From assembly GCF_004010195.1 (NCBI RefSeq), contig NC_057757.1, positions 7,404,942 to 7,468,941 of the forward strand: a stretch of DNA of 64,000 bases, written 5' to 3'. The notes under the pieces are model-generated. The model was not told where the DNA came from. It did no database searches and saw only the letters and a list, made by a program, of their open reading frames with translations. Below, piece after piece: positions 1 to 13,999 of this stretch; the first letter of the stretch is position 1, and every line of letters begins with the position of its first letter. Source of the DNA: Chiloscyllium plagiosum. Taxonomy: Eukaryota. Both the position numbers and the translations under genes were made by a program.

Positions 1-204
1 ACGAAGAACAGGGGGCCCATGCAGTCATTTGGGCTCTGCTGACGCGTCAGGTAATTATATGGGCATATGATCAAAGAAATGTACAGACCTGTATAAAAAT
101 GATAAGTTTTGATCTCTGTACGTAAATGTTTACATACGTATGGCATGACCAATTGTACAGACCATCAAATTATTTATGAATAAAGTATATTTTTGAAGAA
201 AAAA

Positions 205-907
205 TGGGGATGGCCACCACTGGGACCTTGGGTTCATGTCACACTACACGATATACACAGACAGACACGCAAACACACACAGACAGACAGACACACATAC
301 ACACACAACCGCACACTCACACTCACCTCTCATGGACTTATACCCCTTTACACTCACACTCACACACATACGCAAACTCTCTCACAGACACTCATAACCC
401 CCCAACCCCCGCCACCCACACATCCACATGCGCACATACACATATAAGTTTTTGGGGTGAATTTGTACTTACGGAATTACAATTTATTTTGCTCAAAAAC
501 TGCATGAATCCATGTAAGATTCTATAAATCCGCTTTTTGGTTCAGAATCAGTCTGACCATTGTCACACAGAGAGTCTCACACAGGCCAGCTCACACCTTC
601 AATGCATTCGGGGACAACATGGAACCAACTGTTAAAGTTTACTTGAGAATGTAACTTTTAATAAAGTTCTGCGATTTAAATATGAAAGAACCGAAACCAA
701 CATGTTCATTCTAAAAGACAAGAGACTTAACGAACAAACCAGGTCTTTTGCAACATATAATTTCACTTACATCACACTGTAAACTTTTGCTATAAATTCG
801 GTGTCTTACGATCTTATACTCCACAACCACCTGATGAAGAAGCAGCACTCCAAAAGCAAGTGTTTCCAAATAAAACTGTTGGACTATAAACTGGTGTGTG
901 ATTTTTA
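205..907 (+). mobile_element. Penelope-like element 3' region with CA-rich tract
   Basis: DLGFMSHY-type ORF end; degenerate CTGATGA hammerhead core near 831; terminal sequence shared with the 46871 insertion. Confidence 0.65.
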
Positions 908-3319
908 ATGAGATTCAAAGGGGTTCTTGAAATATGAGTTGCATTCACAATTCCTGGAGATGAAAATGCAGTAGTGTGTGTGTGTGGTTGTGTGGTGTGT
1001 AGTGTGTGTGTGTGTGTGTGTGTGTTGTGGAGAGGAGTGGGAGCCATCTACAACATGCTTTGTAGTAACTGTCCCAGGCACCTGACACAGCACCTTCCAA
1101 ACTCATAGCCTCTGCAAGTTTCGAAGATCAACAGCAGCAGACACATGTGAACAACAGCCCCAGAAGTTTCCCTCCAAGCCATACACAGCCCTGGCTTGGA
1201 AATATGCTGCTGTTCCTTTATTGTCACTGAGTGAACATCCAGGATTTGCACCACCCCCTGCCCATCACACGCATAGCGAAATCAGATGAATGGAAATAAG
1301 CCAGCTGACCACAATCTTCTCAAGGTGAATTCAGGATGGACTTGTCAGCATTACTTACATCTCCTTTCTCTTCCACACTATCTCTTGCGGTAGGTACCTG
1401 TCTGTCCTACTCAATCTTTGTCAGTTCTGCTCAACCCTGTCATTCCCACTCAACCCATATGTCTTCCAATCAGCCCTTGCCCTTACCACTCACTTTCTGA
1501 CAATTTCCCTCGATCTCTCTTTCCTCCCACTCAATCTCTGGCTCATAGATCCATTCTCTCTCTCTCCTACGCAGCTCCGTTCTCTACCATTCACTCTCTC
1601 ACTCCTATTCTCCCCGTCTCTTCCACTCGGCCCCTGTCACTCCCACTTACCTCCTGTCTCTTATTCAGACGCTGTCTGTCCCACCCATTCTCTGTCTGTG
1701 CCACCCATTCACTCTCTGTCCCAGTCAGCCCCTTCCTCTCCCATGTATATTTTTCTATCTGTTTCAGAGTCAGAGTTATTGAGACCGAGAGCAGAGATGA
1801 AGGTCCTTGGTGTATCACATCACGCCCATTAGAAACAACCACTTCAGCTTTCTATCCCATTTGCCTGCACTTGACCCATAGCCTTGCTTGCCTAGGCATC
1901 ACAAGTATCCATTGAATTATTTCGACAATGACATGAGGATTTCTGCCTACATCGTCCTTACAGGTAATGAGTTGCAGATTCCCAGCACCTTCTGGGTGAA
2001 AACGTTTTTTTTCCCCATCTCCTCTGAACCACCTGCCCATTACCTTAAATCAATACCATCCCCCACCCCATGATCATTGATCCCTCCATCAAGCAGAAAA
2101 TTTCCTTTTGTCTACGCTGTCTAGTCCCCTCATAATTTGAAACATCTCAATCCTGTCACCTCTCAATATGTTCTGCTCCAAGGAAACCTAATCTGATACC
2201 TTTAGGGACCGGTGGGCATACATAGCAAGGTCCATTTGATGCTTGTTGCTTCCCAGAAACCTACTGTTCATCATATATTTCCTTGCCTTGTTTGTTCTGT
2301 CCAAGTGCATCACCTCACATTTACCTCGACTGAATTCCCTTTGTCAATGGTGAGCTCTTTTGACCAACCTGTCTTGTAGTTTCAGACAATCCTCCTCACT
2401 ATTTAGCAGCTCGCCAACGTCTGTATGATATTCAAGTCGGAATCGTTTATAGAAACCATTAACAGATATGACCCAAACATTGACCCTATTGGATACAGAT
2501 TTCCAGTCAGAAAAACACCAGAACACCATCACTCAGTGTTCTGACAATTCTGTTTCCAATTTGCAAAATTTATTTGTATCCAATTGGGTCTTACATTCCC
2601 TGGTTCCAATTGACCTGCATAAAAAGCATTGTCCTCATCTACACATCTGATCAGCACGTTGAAAATTTAAATCAAGTTGGTCAGATATGGTTTACAAACC
2701 CATGTTGCCTGTTCTTGACTAATTCCTGCCTCTCCAAATGCACATTAATTCTGTCCCTTAGAATTCCTTCCAATAATTATCCCGCCAGTAAGATTAGACA
2801 GACTGACCTTTGATTTCCTAGTTTATCCCTGGCTTCCATCTTGAATAACAGCAACACATTGGCTGCTCCCCAGACCACCAACGCCATTTATAAAGCCGGA
2901 GAGGTATTGAAAATTTTTGTAAGTGCCCATGTTATTTCCTCCCATACCTCATTCATCAGCGTGTGATACCTTTCATCTGACCCTGGAAATTGATCGCTTT
3001 TACGCCTGCCAGGCCACTCAGAGCCTGACTGGGGGCACACTGGTTATCATTGTTGCCTCAGGACGCCAGGGATGTCAGTTCAAAACCGCCCTTGGTCAAA
3101 TGTCCGTGTGGAGTTTTCACAATCAACCTGTTTCTATGTGGATTTCCACCGGTAGCCCAAAAGTGTTCAGGTTAGGGTGGAGTGGTGGTGATAAATTGTC
3201 CCTTAGTACCCTGAGGCATACTCAGGCACCCCACACTCTCAAATCTCAGTGGATAAACGTATTTTATGCAATTTATAGGTTGTGTCTTTATAAGTATGAA
3301 AATGTAACTCCCATTCTTC

Positions 3320-3712
3320 ACAGCTCCCTCACCTCAGATGCCTCACCCATAATCCCAGCCTCCTGAGAGCCCTCACTCCCAGTCACCCCCATACTCCCAC
3401 CCTGATTCTCCACAGACACCTTCCCACAGCCTCCTCAAATCCCTCACTCCCACCATTCCCAGAGTCCTCATTTCCAGCTTGCCCTGACACCTCACCTCAC
3501 CTACCCTCAGCCTGCCTACAACCCTCACTCCCAGTCTTCCTACACCCTCACTCCCAACCTCCTCAGAGACCTAACTCCCAGCCTCCTCCATGCCCTCCCT
3601 ACGTCTCCTAAAACCCTCACCCTCAACCTAACCACAGCCCGCACTTCCAGGCTCCCCATTTACCTCACCCTCAGCCACCCCATAGCCCTCACTCCCAGCG
3701 TTCACAGAGCCC
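3320..3712 (+). repeat. C-rich minisatellite of about 24-nt units (CCCTCACTCCCAGTCTCCCCAGAG-like)
   Basis: Visible tandem periodicity. Confidence 0.8.
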
Positions 3713-4469
3713 CCCGTCGAGTTTGGCATCATGAGTAATCACTTTGATTCCTGTCTCCTTATTTGCCCCATCCACAGGTTAGCTGTCAGCACATGCACAT
3801 CCCCGATGCTACATAGTGAGGTTCCAGCTCTCTCTCTCTCTCTCTAACCCATCACTGGTTCTGTTTGATAACATTACTATAGTTCTTGCTCCACAGGTTT
3901 CACTATCTACCAATCAGTGTCGAGGGTAAGGGTTGGTGGTGGGTGAAATGTAAGTCCATCCCGTTTTTCAAGCTGGTGCCTGGTCAGGACTTTGATGTTG
4001 CCTGACTTTTGATACTGTATTTGTTACTATTAGTTTTGATAGTCTTCAGGCTAGATTCCCCATTTGTTACGATTCCAGATGGAAGATCTCAACCTTTAAA
4101 CTCCTGGGTGAGATGGAGGGAACTGGCTCCTTTTGATTATAAGCCTCCTCACTTCAACGGTTGCAAAATGTTTAATTTAAAATGACCTCTTCCTCCCAGA
4201 CCCAGATTGACCTTAGGATTTAAAAGGCGCTAATTTTACCAGGATTTCTTGAATCAACAAAAAGATTGAGTTTATTCATTCCTAATCACGAGAATGTATA
4301 ATGCAACATTGCACATATGCACAGATGAGAAATAAAAAGTAGGTCAAAGCAAGATAATAGGTATAACTAAGGCTAATATGGATGTGGTCTGCATGTTCAT
4401 GAATGACAGATGTTTAAATCGCATGAGCCTTGCAATGGTCAGAAATGACATTGATGTTTTCCCTGTCTC

Positions 4470-4975
4470 ACCAACTTTTGTCGATGCCCCATTGAAAGAC
4501 TTCAATCTGGATGCATCACGGTTTCATATGGCAACTGCTTGGCAGGACCATAGGAAACTACAGAGAGTTGTGAAGACAGCCTAGTCTATCATAGAAATCA
4601 GCCTTCCAGCCTTGGCCCCATCTTTAATTATCGTTGCCTCAAGAAGGCAACCAACATACGACAACTGAAACACATGCACCAACAGCTTCAAGGGCAGCTT
4701 CTTCAGCGCTGTTGTCCGATGTCTGAATGGACTTCTCAGATTTTAAACATAAATGTTAATCTTCTTCTTTGTGCACCTCCTCTGCAATCTGCAGATTTTG
4801 CTGCTGCTCCTCGGATGCTGCCTGAACTGCTGTGCTCTTCCAGCACCATTGATCCAGAATCTGGTTTCCAGCATCTGCAGTCATTGTTTTGACCTCCTCT
4901 GCAGTCATGTCCTTGTATTCTTCACTCCGTTCTATTACCCTAAAGTACTTTGTCTGGTATGGTCTGCCTGTTCCA
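4470..4975 (+). mobile_element. Rex1/Babar-type LINE 3' fragment (another fragment at 24797-24990)
   Basis: QDHRKLQRVVKTA; second piece YHPVALTSIMRTCFVRLV. Confidence 0.6.
4787..4891 (+). mobile_element. Short Penelope terminal-repeat insertion
   Basis: Family motif GATGCTGCCTGA...CAGCATCTGCAG; TSD ACCTCCTCTGCA at 4775-4786 and 4892-4903. Confidence 0.75.
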
Positions 4976-4977
4976 CA

Positions 4978-5966
4978 CGTTCATCCTGGAGTACAGTTAC
5001 TAGTGGTGCACCGCAAGGGTCTGTTTTGGGACCTCTGTTGTTTGTCATTTTTATAAATGAAATAGATGACAGCGTAGAAGGATGGGTTAGTCAATTTGTG
5101 GATGACACTAAGGTCAGTAGAGTTGTAGATAGTGCTGAAGGATGTTGGAGGTTACAGAGGGACATAGATAAGCTGTGGAGCTGGGCTGAGAGGTGGAAAA
5201 TGGAATTTGATGTGGAAAAGTGTGAAGTGATTTACTTTGGAAGGAGCAAAAGGAATAAAGAGCATTGGGCTAATTGTAAGACTTTTGGCAGTGTGGATGA
5301 GCAGAGAGATCTCGATGTCCATGTGCATAGATCCCTGAAAGTTGCCACCCAGGTTGCAAAGGTTGTTAAGAACACAGACGGTATGTTAGCTTGTATTTGG
5401 AGAGGGACTGATTTCAGGAGCCATGAGGTCATGCTACAGCTGTACAAAACTCTGGTGTGGCCGCACTTGGAGTATTGCATACAGTTTTGCTCACCGCATT
5501 ACAGGAAGGATCTGGAAGCACTGGAAAGGGTTCAGAGGAGATTTACTCGGACGTCGCTTGGTATGCAGGGAAAATCTTACAAGGAAAGGCTGAAGGACTT
5601 GAGGCTGTTTTCTTTCGAGTGAAGAAGTTTGAGAGGTATCTTAATTGAGACATACCAGATAATCAGGGCGTTAGATAGGTTGGATAGTGATGGCTAGCAC
5701 GTGGGGGGCATAAATTTAAATTGAGGGTGATAGATATAGGACAGATGTCAGATGTAGCTTCTTTACTCAGAGAGTAGTAGGGGCGTGGAATACACTGCCT
5801 GCAACAGTAGTTGACTCACCAACTTTAAGGGCATTTAAATGGTCATTGGATAAATATATGTATGTTAATGGAGTAGTGTAGGATAGATGGGCTTCAGATT
5901 GGTTCCACAGATGAATGCAACATCAAGGGCCGAATGGCCTGTACTATGCTGTAATGTTCTATGTTC
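4978..5966 (+). mobile_element. CR1/HER1-type LINE 3' fragment
   Basis: GAPQGSVLGPLLF, FVDDTK, LEYCIQF; GTTCTAT tail. Confidence 0.9.
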
Positions 5967-7654
5967 TAAAGCAAAACTTTTCACTGTGCCCAGGTACATG
6001 CTCTTAATTTATTCATTTTGTGGATTGTGGCTGTCACTGGCTGGGCCCAGCATTTATTACCCGTCACTAGTTGCCCCTTGAGAAGGTGGGGGTGAGCTGT
6101 CTTCTTGAACCGCTGCAGTCCACATGCTGCTGGTAAACCCACAATGCTGTTAGGGAAGGAATTCCAGGGTTTTGACCCAGCGACAGTGAAGTAATCGACA
6201 TATATTTCCAAGTCAGAATGGTGAGTGGCTCAGAGGGGAACTTGCAGGGAGTGGTGTTCCCACGTATCTGCTGCACTTGTCATTCTAGATAGTGGTAGTC
6301 GTGGCTTTGGAATGTGCTTTCCGAGAATCCTTGGTAAAGTTCTGCAGTGCGTCTTGTAGATAATGTACAGTAATGCTGCTGCGTGTCATTGGTTGGGGCG
6401 AGTGAAAAGTAATAGGAAGGGAGACCATGAAACTGCTGGATTAACATGAAAATCAAATCTGGTTCTCTGATGCCCTTCAAGGTGGGCTATTCTATCACCT
6501 CTCCCAGTTTGTACCGTGTGTGACTCCAGACCATCCACAAAGCAATCGACTCGTTTTCTTACTGCCCCCCTTCAATCTGCAATGGAAACATTAAACAGGA
6601 ATAAAACCAAATCCTCACCTGGGGTCAGTCCCAAAGACTGGAAATGGTGAACACTTACCTTGCACTGCCCTCCTCACTTTTACAATTACTGGCAGAGTTG
6701 TCTTATTGGACTCTTCATGCAACAGCCCGATGTACTCAGACTGTCCGAATCCTGCCTTAGAGACAATGTGCCAGGCTCCTTCATAATGCATCCTGGCAAA
6801 TCCTTTAACACCAGCCTGATAAACCCACCACTGCTGAACATGACTGTGTGTTATACAGGAGGGAGTTCACAACATTGACTCCCGATTGCATGAGCTGATA
6901 GAGTTTTGACAGCATGGCCCATCATGTCCTTTCTTTTCATCATTCAGAGGTTGTAGACGTTGCTGGGGCAGGCCAGCGTTCATTGTCCATCCCTAATTTC
7001 CCGGGGGCTGCTGAGAGCCAATTGCATTAATATCCGTCTGGACTCACATGTAAATAAGACTAGGTAAGGACAGTCGTCCCCTTCACTGCTAACATTGGAG
7101 GAAAAGATAAGTTCTTCGAACAACCAGCAATAGTTTTGTGGTTATCAGAATCTTAACAGCAAGTTCTTAGAAAGAATTGGTTCAAATTTCACTCCCTGCC
7201 ATGGTAAGATTCAAGGTTCAGACCTCAGAATATTACTTGATTGTCTGGAATGATAATCCAGAGACAGCACCAGAAGACAACCACCTCCCCTCCAGACTGG
7301 ACTGGTCATCAAACATCTATTCTCATTCAACTCTCTAACATTGTCCTGTAAGTCTGAATGCCTGGTCGCTTCAAATCCTCATCTAAGTTTTATTTGAATA
7401 GATGAAGGTGTCCCTCCTCTATCATTCTTTTAGACAATGAATTCCAGATACCCACAACGTTCTCAGTGAAAACAATTTTCCTCAAATCATCAAAACCTCC
7501 TGCTCTTTATCTTCAATTTGTGCCTCCAGGTCATTGACCACTCTATTGAAGGGAAATATTTCACCCTATGAACCGTAGCTAGAGTTTATAATGTAGATTA
7601 CATTGTAGCTCCAAATCAGACCTCTCAGCCTACTGTATTCTAACAAAATTTTTA

Positions 7655-8400
7655 GACTTACACAATTAATGGCCGGGTCCTGGGGATGTTGTCAAACAGA
7701 AAGGCCTCAGGGTTCAGGTACATAGTTCTTTGAAAGTTTCATCACAGATAGGCAGCGTGGTAAAGAGGGCATTTGACAATCTTGCCTTCATGACTCAGAC
7801 CATTGAGTACAGGATTTGGAATGACATATTATAGTTGAACAGGATGTTTGTGAGCCACGTTTGAGATACTGTGTGCTGTCCTGGTTTCCCTGGTATAGGA
7901 AGGACATTATTAAGTTGGACTGGATGCAGAAAATATCTACAAGGACATTACAGGAGCTGCAGGGTTTGAGCTATAAGGGAATGCTGAATAGGACCTTTCT
8001 CCCTGGAGAGCAGAACTGTGAGGGTTGACCACACAGAGGTCGATAAAGTCATCAGGGGCATAGATAAGGTGCAGAGCAGTGGTCTTTTGCTGAGAACACG
8101 AGCGTTCAGGACTAAGTGGAAAGGTTTAGATTTCGAGGGGAGGGATTTTAAAAGGGAATGAGAGAGCAACGACTTCACTCAGAGAGTGGTGCACGTGTGA
8201 AATGAATTGCCAATGTAAAGTTGAGAGGCAGGTACAGTTGCAACATTTAAAAGACCTTTCGAGAGGCACTTGAAATGGAAAGGTTTAGCGAGATATGGGC
8301 CAATGACAGTTACATCAGACACGTTTGTTTTTAGAAATATGGTCAGCGTAGAAGAGTTGGACTAAAGGTCTGTTTCCGTGCTGTATAGTATTGTGACTCT
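7655..8400 (+). mobile_element. Old CR1 3' fragment (paralogous to 42620-43375)
   Basis: CR1 ORF2 C-terminal and 3' UTR similarity. Confidence 0.75.
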
Positions 8401-9105
8401 ATTACTCAGCAACCAAGTGGCCTAGCATACCCCAGAATCTAACATTGCTGCGAAGCCAAGAAATACTGAGTAAAATTTCTGACACCTACTTTTAACACAA
8501 TAAACACAGTTGTATCCCGGTTTGGATCCAGTACATTGACCTGGGGAATGCAATGGTAATTCTGCCATAGATTTCGAATATTACATGCCTTGGATCTTTA
8601 AAAAATGTCATTTTCAATCAGTGTTTTCTCTCAATACCTCGTTCTCGGGACCTTATTTAACAATATAGTATCGATGTTAAAGCACACTTCCTGCTACACT
8701 CTTATTGACAAGCGGCTGTGTTAATGAGGCTGGTACGTGTTTGCCCCATTCACAAAGGTCAGTGTCTTGGTTGTCCCACATACGGTCAAGTTCAGTGCAA
8801 GTCACAATCAAAATCAATGACAAAAATTCAGAAATCTCCACCACAAAGCTAACTTCCGAATTCCAATCTCATGTTCACTGACTGCCACAGTGGGATCTAA
8901 ACTCCTGACTTTAAGGTGCCATGGTTCTGTCCAGTCAAATGACACTGCTGATGTGGCAAAGTACTTAACATCGCCACGAATCATTTGCAAGTTTATTTCA
9001 CTGTTTCTTATTTAAAACAAATACACTCAGGAATATCCAGTCCTTAACATTGTGTTGGCAAGTTCTGTCTGGTGGCTCAGTAATAATGTCATTGGGCTCG
9101 GAATG

Positions 9106-10625
9106 CAGACAAAGAACAAAGAAAATTTACAGCCCAGGAACAGGCCTTTGGCTCTCCAAGCCTGAGCCAATCCAAATCTCCTGTCTGAATCTATCGCACA
9201 ATTCTTAAACATCTGTATCCCTCTGTACCCCTTTGACTTATGCAGCTGTCCAGGCGCAACTTAAATGAATCTACTCTGCCTGCCTCTCCTACCTTTGTTA
9301 GCAACACATTCCAGGCACCTATCACCCTCTGTGTGAAGTACTTTCTGCGAGTAACCCCCTTAAACGTTTTTCCTCTAATCTTAAACACGTAACCTCTCGT
9401 TATTAAATCCCTCACCTTGGGAAAAAGCTTAGCTCAATCCACCCTGTCTATACGCTTCGTGATTTTGTAGACCTCGATCAGGACCCTCGCAACCTGCTTC
9501 TTTCTAATGAAAACAATCCTAACCTACGCAACCATGCTTCATAGCTTGCACCTTCCATTTCAGGTAACATCCTCGTAAACTCCCTCTGTACCCTCTCCAT
9601 AGCGTCCACGTCATTTTGGTAATGTGGTACCAGACCTCTACGCAGTATTCTAAATGCGGACAAACCAAAGTCTTGTAAAATTTTAAAATGACCTATCAGT
9701 TTTGGGTGGCACGGTGGCACAGTGGTTAGCACTGCTGTCTCACAGTGCCAGAGACCCGGGTTTAATTCCCGCCTCAAGCGACTGACTGTGTGGAGTATGC
9801 ACATTCTCCCCGTGTCTGCGTGGGTTTCCTCCGGGTGCTCTGGTTTCCTCCCACAGTCCAAAGATGTGTAGGTTAGGTGAATTGGCCATGCTAAATTGCC
9901 CGTAGTGTTAGGTGAAGGGGTAAATGTAGGGGTATGGGTGGGTTGCGCTTTGGCGGGTTGGTGTGGACTTGTTGGGCCGAAGGGCCTGTTTCCACTCTGT
10001 AAGTAATCTAATCAGTTCTTATACTGACTACCCCATCCGATGAAGGCACGCACACCTTGACCACTCTCTCTCCACCTGTGCAGTCACCTTCAGGAGTACA
10101 ATGGACCTGAACTCCCAGATCTCACTGCTCATCAACTTTTCCAAAGGCTGTTCCGTTTACAGTACAGTTTGCTCTAGAATTAGTCTTCCCAAAATGCATT
10201 ACCTCACATTTGCCTGGATTGAACTCCATCTGCCACTTTTCCACCCAACGCTCCAGTCTATCCACATTCTCCTGTATTCTTTGACAGTCCCCTATGCTTT
10301 ATGCTACTCCACCAGTCTTCGTGTCATCTGTAAACTTGCTGATCATACCAACAGTGCCCTCTTCCAGATCATTTATGTATATTACAAGCAACAGTGGCCT
10401 CTGCACCGATCCCTGTGGAACACCACTAGTCACCTTTCTCCATTTCGAGAAACGCCCTTCAACAACAACTCTCTGTCTCCTGTGGCTCAACCAGTTCTTT
10501 ATCCACCTAGCTAGAACACCCTACACACCATGTGACTTCACTTTCTCCATTAGTTCACCATGGAGAACCTTATCAAATGCCTTTCTAAAGTCCAAATATA
10601 TGACATCTACAGCGCTTCCTTCAAC
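9106..10625 (-). mobile_element. CR1/HER1-type LINE 3' fragment
   Basis: VTSGVPQGSV, FTDDTK; short-repeat tail near 9110. Confidence 0.9.
9704..10012 (+). mobile_element. HE1-type tRNA-derived SINE
   Basis: A/B boxes; near-identical to other copies; TAATC tail; ATCAGTT on both flanks. Confidence 0.9.
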
Positions 10626-11359
10626 TATGCAAAGAACAGATTAACCATTTGCAGAAATAGATTCAAATCTCGATGAATGCAGGCGGTAACATTTGAACTC
10701 AGCAAAATCCAGAATCAAACTTTCAGCTTCATGTTGCCCATGTCACCACTGGAATAAAAACACAATGCACTTCAGGAAATGAAATATGCCGCCTTTTCCC
10801 AGTCTGGGCTCCACGTGACTCCACACCAACTGATGTGTTGTTGAATCTGAACTGCCTTCTGAAATTGCCCGTGTGAGTCTCTCATTGTCTCATGCACAAG
10901 GCAACTCAGGCTGGGCAATAAATGTTGGCTCAGTCAGTGACGCCCACATTTAGATACAAAATAAACCTTGCCTTGCCATTGGCTGAATATCAAGGCGGGT
11001 TTGTCTGGACTGCAAGTGTTAGGTTTCTTTGCCATCCTGAATAACTGAGAGTAAATTTTATTCAAGATGTTGGAATGAGGACACAGAGTTATTACATTAT
11101 AAAGGGAAGAAACTCCACACATTGAGTCCACACTGGCTCTCTGCAAAGCAATCCAGTCAATGTTAATGACCCATTCCATACACATAGCCTGGCCAGTTTA
11201 TTTCCTTCAGGTCCCTTAAGAAACGTTTCATGATTCCTGCTTTCACCATCCATGGAGACAAGAAGCCCCATGCATTATCGCACACTACATATTTTTCTTC
11301 AAAACGTTTAATCTGTCTCACCTGGTCCTATTGTTAATGGCTGATGGAACATACTGCTG

Positions 11360-12610
11360 GAGCGAGACCTGAGTGTCTCTCGTTCATAAGTCGGTGACAC
11401 TGAGCATACAGGTGCAGCAGGTATTGATGAAGGCAAATGGGACCTTGATCCTTTTGGAGCAGAGATGTCTTGCTGCAATTAGGCAGAGCCTTGGTGAGAC
11501 TGCTCCTGGAATACTGTCTGCAGTTTCAGTCTCCTTATCACAGGAAGGATGTTCTGGTGAGAGAGGGACTGCAATGAATGGTTGCCTGACTCATCCATGG
11601 GATGACAGGACTGATGTCTGAAGAAGGACTGGATCGGTTTGGATTGTGTCCACTGGAGTTTTAAAGAATGATTTGGTACAGATTTCACACAAACCCAGGA
11701 AATCCGACCAGGACCAGAGAGGACAAACACAGGAAGGATGTTCTTGATGATGGAGGATTCCGGAAATGAGGGGTCACTGTCTCGTGACACCGGGTAGACC
11801 ATTTAGGGCTGAGCTGAGGAGAAACGTTTTCACCCAGAGATGGGGAGCCCGTGGGAAGTCTCTGCCACAGAAGGTGGATGAGGGCTCAACATTGAATATT
11901 TTTCATGAAACCTTGAAACATCGATGACAGGAGTAGGAGGAGGTAATTTGGCCCTTCAAGCCTGGCACAACATTCCTCATGAACGAGGCTAATTGTCCAA
12001 CTCTATAGTCTAATCCTGCTTTCTCCGCATAACCATTGATCCCATTGCCCCAAGTGCTATATCTAGTTGCCTTTTGAACACATTCAATGTTTTGGCACCA
12101 ACTCCTTCCTGTGGTAATGAATTCCACAGGCTCCCCACTCTTTGCGTGAAGAAATATCTCCTCATCTGCATCCTAAATAGTCCACCCTGAATCCTCATGC
12201 TGTGACCCCGAGTTCTGTATGCACCCACCATCGGGAACATCCTTCCTGCAGGACCCTTTCTAGATAAGTATCTATGCGATCCCAAGACTCATCTGAAATC
12301 TAGCGAAAAGAATCCTAATCTCCATCTCCCCTCAGCCGTCAGTCCTGTCAGCCCCAGAAACAGCCTGGGAAACCTTCACTGCACTCCCTCGAAAGCAAGA
12401 TCATCATTCATCGGAAAAGGAGACCCAACCTGCACACAGGTTTCAAGGCAAGTAAAGTGAGATATACCTTCTTCGGATCAAAGTGTCAAAGGGCATTGGG
12501 AGAAGTGGAAGCAGGGGACTAAGATGAATGATCAGCCAAGACCACATCGATTGGTAAAGCAGGTTGAAAAAGTGACAAATGTCCTCCTCCTGCTCCTGCG
12601 TTCTTTAAGG
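11360..12610. mobile_element. Nested CR1 fragments in both orientations
   Basis: FFTQRVGSLWNSLP-type C-terminus on the minus strand, inside a plus-strand copy. Confidence 0.7.
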
Positions 12611-13034
12611 TAAGGATGAGCAGCATGAGGATCACAAACAGCAAACCAGCATAGACTACAGATTCCAGCCCTCACTTGGTTCCTCTGGGATTACTGGGGG
12701 TGGTGTGGGGCTTGGAACGGGCAACATACGACTGAGTCATAATTGATATTGTTTTCCCTGTCTCTCATGATACGGAAAATGTGGTATCCCTATAATATGG
12801 ACTGTAAACCTTTAACAAAATGGCTCAGTATCCCCTAAATGATAATTCGGGAAGGACATCAATGATCTTCTTGCTATAAATGCACGTGTAAATTTACAAA
12901 GATGTGGGTGACTACTCTGGAGTGTTGTGAGGCTTATAATCGTTGATGAACATATACATCCGTGAAATAGGAGCAAGAGTATCCCCCACACCCCCAACGC
13001 CTTTTCCACCATTTGGTAAGATCATTCTTCAGGA

Positions 13035-13160
13035 CACTGAAGAAGGGTTACACCCCAAACGTCGACTTCTGCACCTCCTGATGCTGACTGGCTTGCTGTG
13101 GTCTTCCAGCCTCTTGCCTGTACATTTTGGATTCCAGCACCTGCAGTTTATTCGTCTCTA
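13035..13160 (+). mobile_element. Short Penelope terminal-repeat copy
   Basis: Degenerate hammerhead core CTGAAGAAGGG...CCC-AAACGTC plus family motif. Confidence 0.65.
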
Positions 13161-13999
13161 TTTGGGAATGTCACAGCTTATCTGTTTGTGTTTCAACTTC
13201 TGACTGCTCGATTTGCCTTTCATTTCCTTTGCTGTGAAGAAATCTATCTAACGTTTTCGAAAAATATTCAATGACAAACTCTCAGCAGCGCAATCGCCTC
13301 CTGATCAGATCCAAGTGTGCACAACCATCAGAGGGAACAAAATTTCGCCCCTCCATTAAATATTAAAACAGTGCTCCACCACAATATTATTGCTACTCTG
13401 CAAGGTAAACTGAATACAGAGACACAGATTAATTCTCTTCCTGAAGATTCCCGTTAGAACCGGAACCTAATTCTCTAAGAGCATTGACACCTGTCTCTCT
13501 GTTTGAGGACAATGTCCACTGAACTGAGCTGCAAATGCTTAGTTACATAGACCAATATACCACACGATTTGGTGGGATCTATAGAATTTAATGTGTGACA
13601 GTTGGTGAAGGAAATGTTTAGAAGCCAGTCTCGGATTTATTCGCAAGGTGAAAAATTGTTGATGTCCAAATCCTAACTCTGAAACCCAAATCCAGTGCCC
13701 ATACATGGTATTTGTGTGCAATTATTCAATTACTGCAGTACTACACGGACCTATACCCGATACAACCCCAACCCTTCACCTAACCTAACTTCACACTGAT
13801 GTCTGATTTGTACAATTAACAAAGAGATGGAGCGTACATGTTCCTTCTCTGCATCTTCATTAGCAAATTGAAATTAAGGTTCAATGTCGCCTGGGAGGCA
13901 AAGTTTTGCCACTTTGATTTTGTTGAATTCACTCTTGGGACTTGGGCACCGCTGAACGGGTGCTCAGTAATTCACCATTATCCCTAAGTGTAACTTGAG

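Noticed and set aside
193..1093. His/Thr-rich ORFs
   Set aside because: Translations of CA/TG microsatellites
4753..5622. 289-aa ORF with a hydrophobic N-terminus and RT motifs, resembling a domesticated RT
   Set aside because: Chance fusion of Rex1, Penelope mini-element and truncated CR1 sequence; starts at TTG
9478..9861. Recurrent MDCGRKPEHPEETHADTG peptides
   Set aside because: Antisense frame of the HE1 SINE
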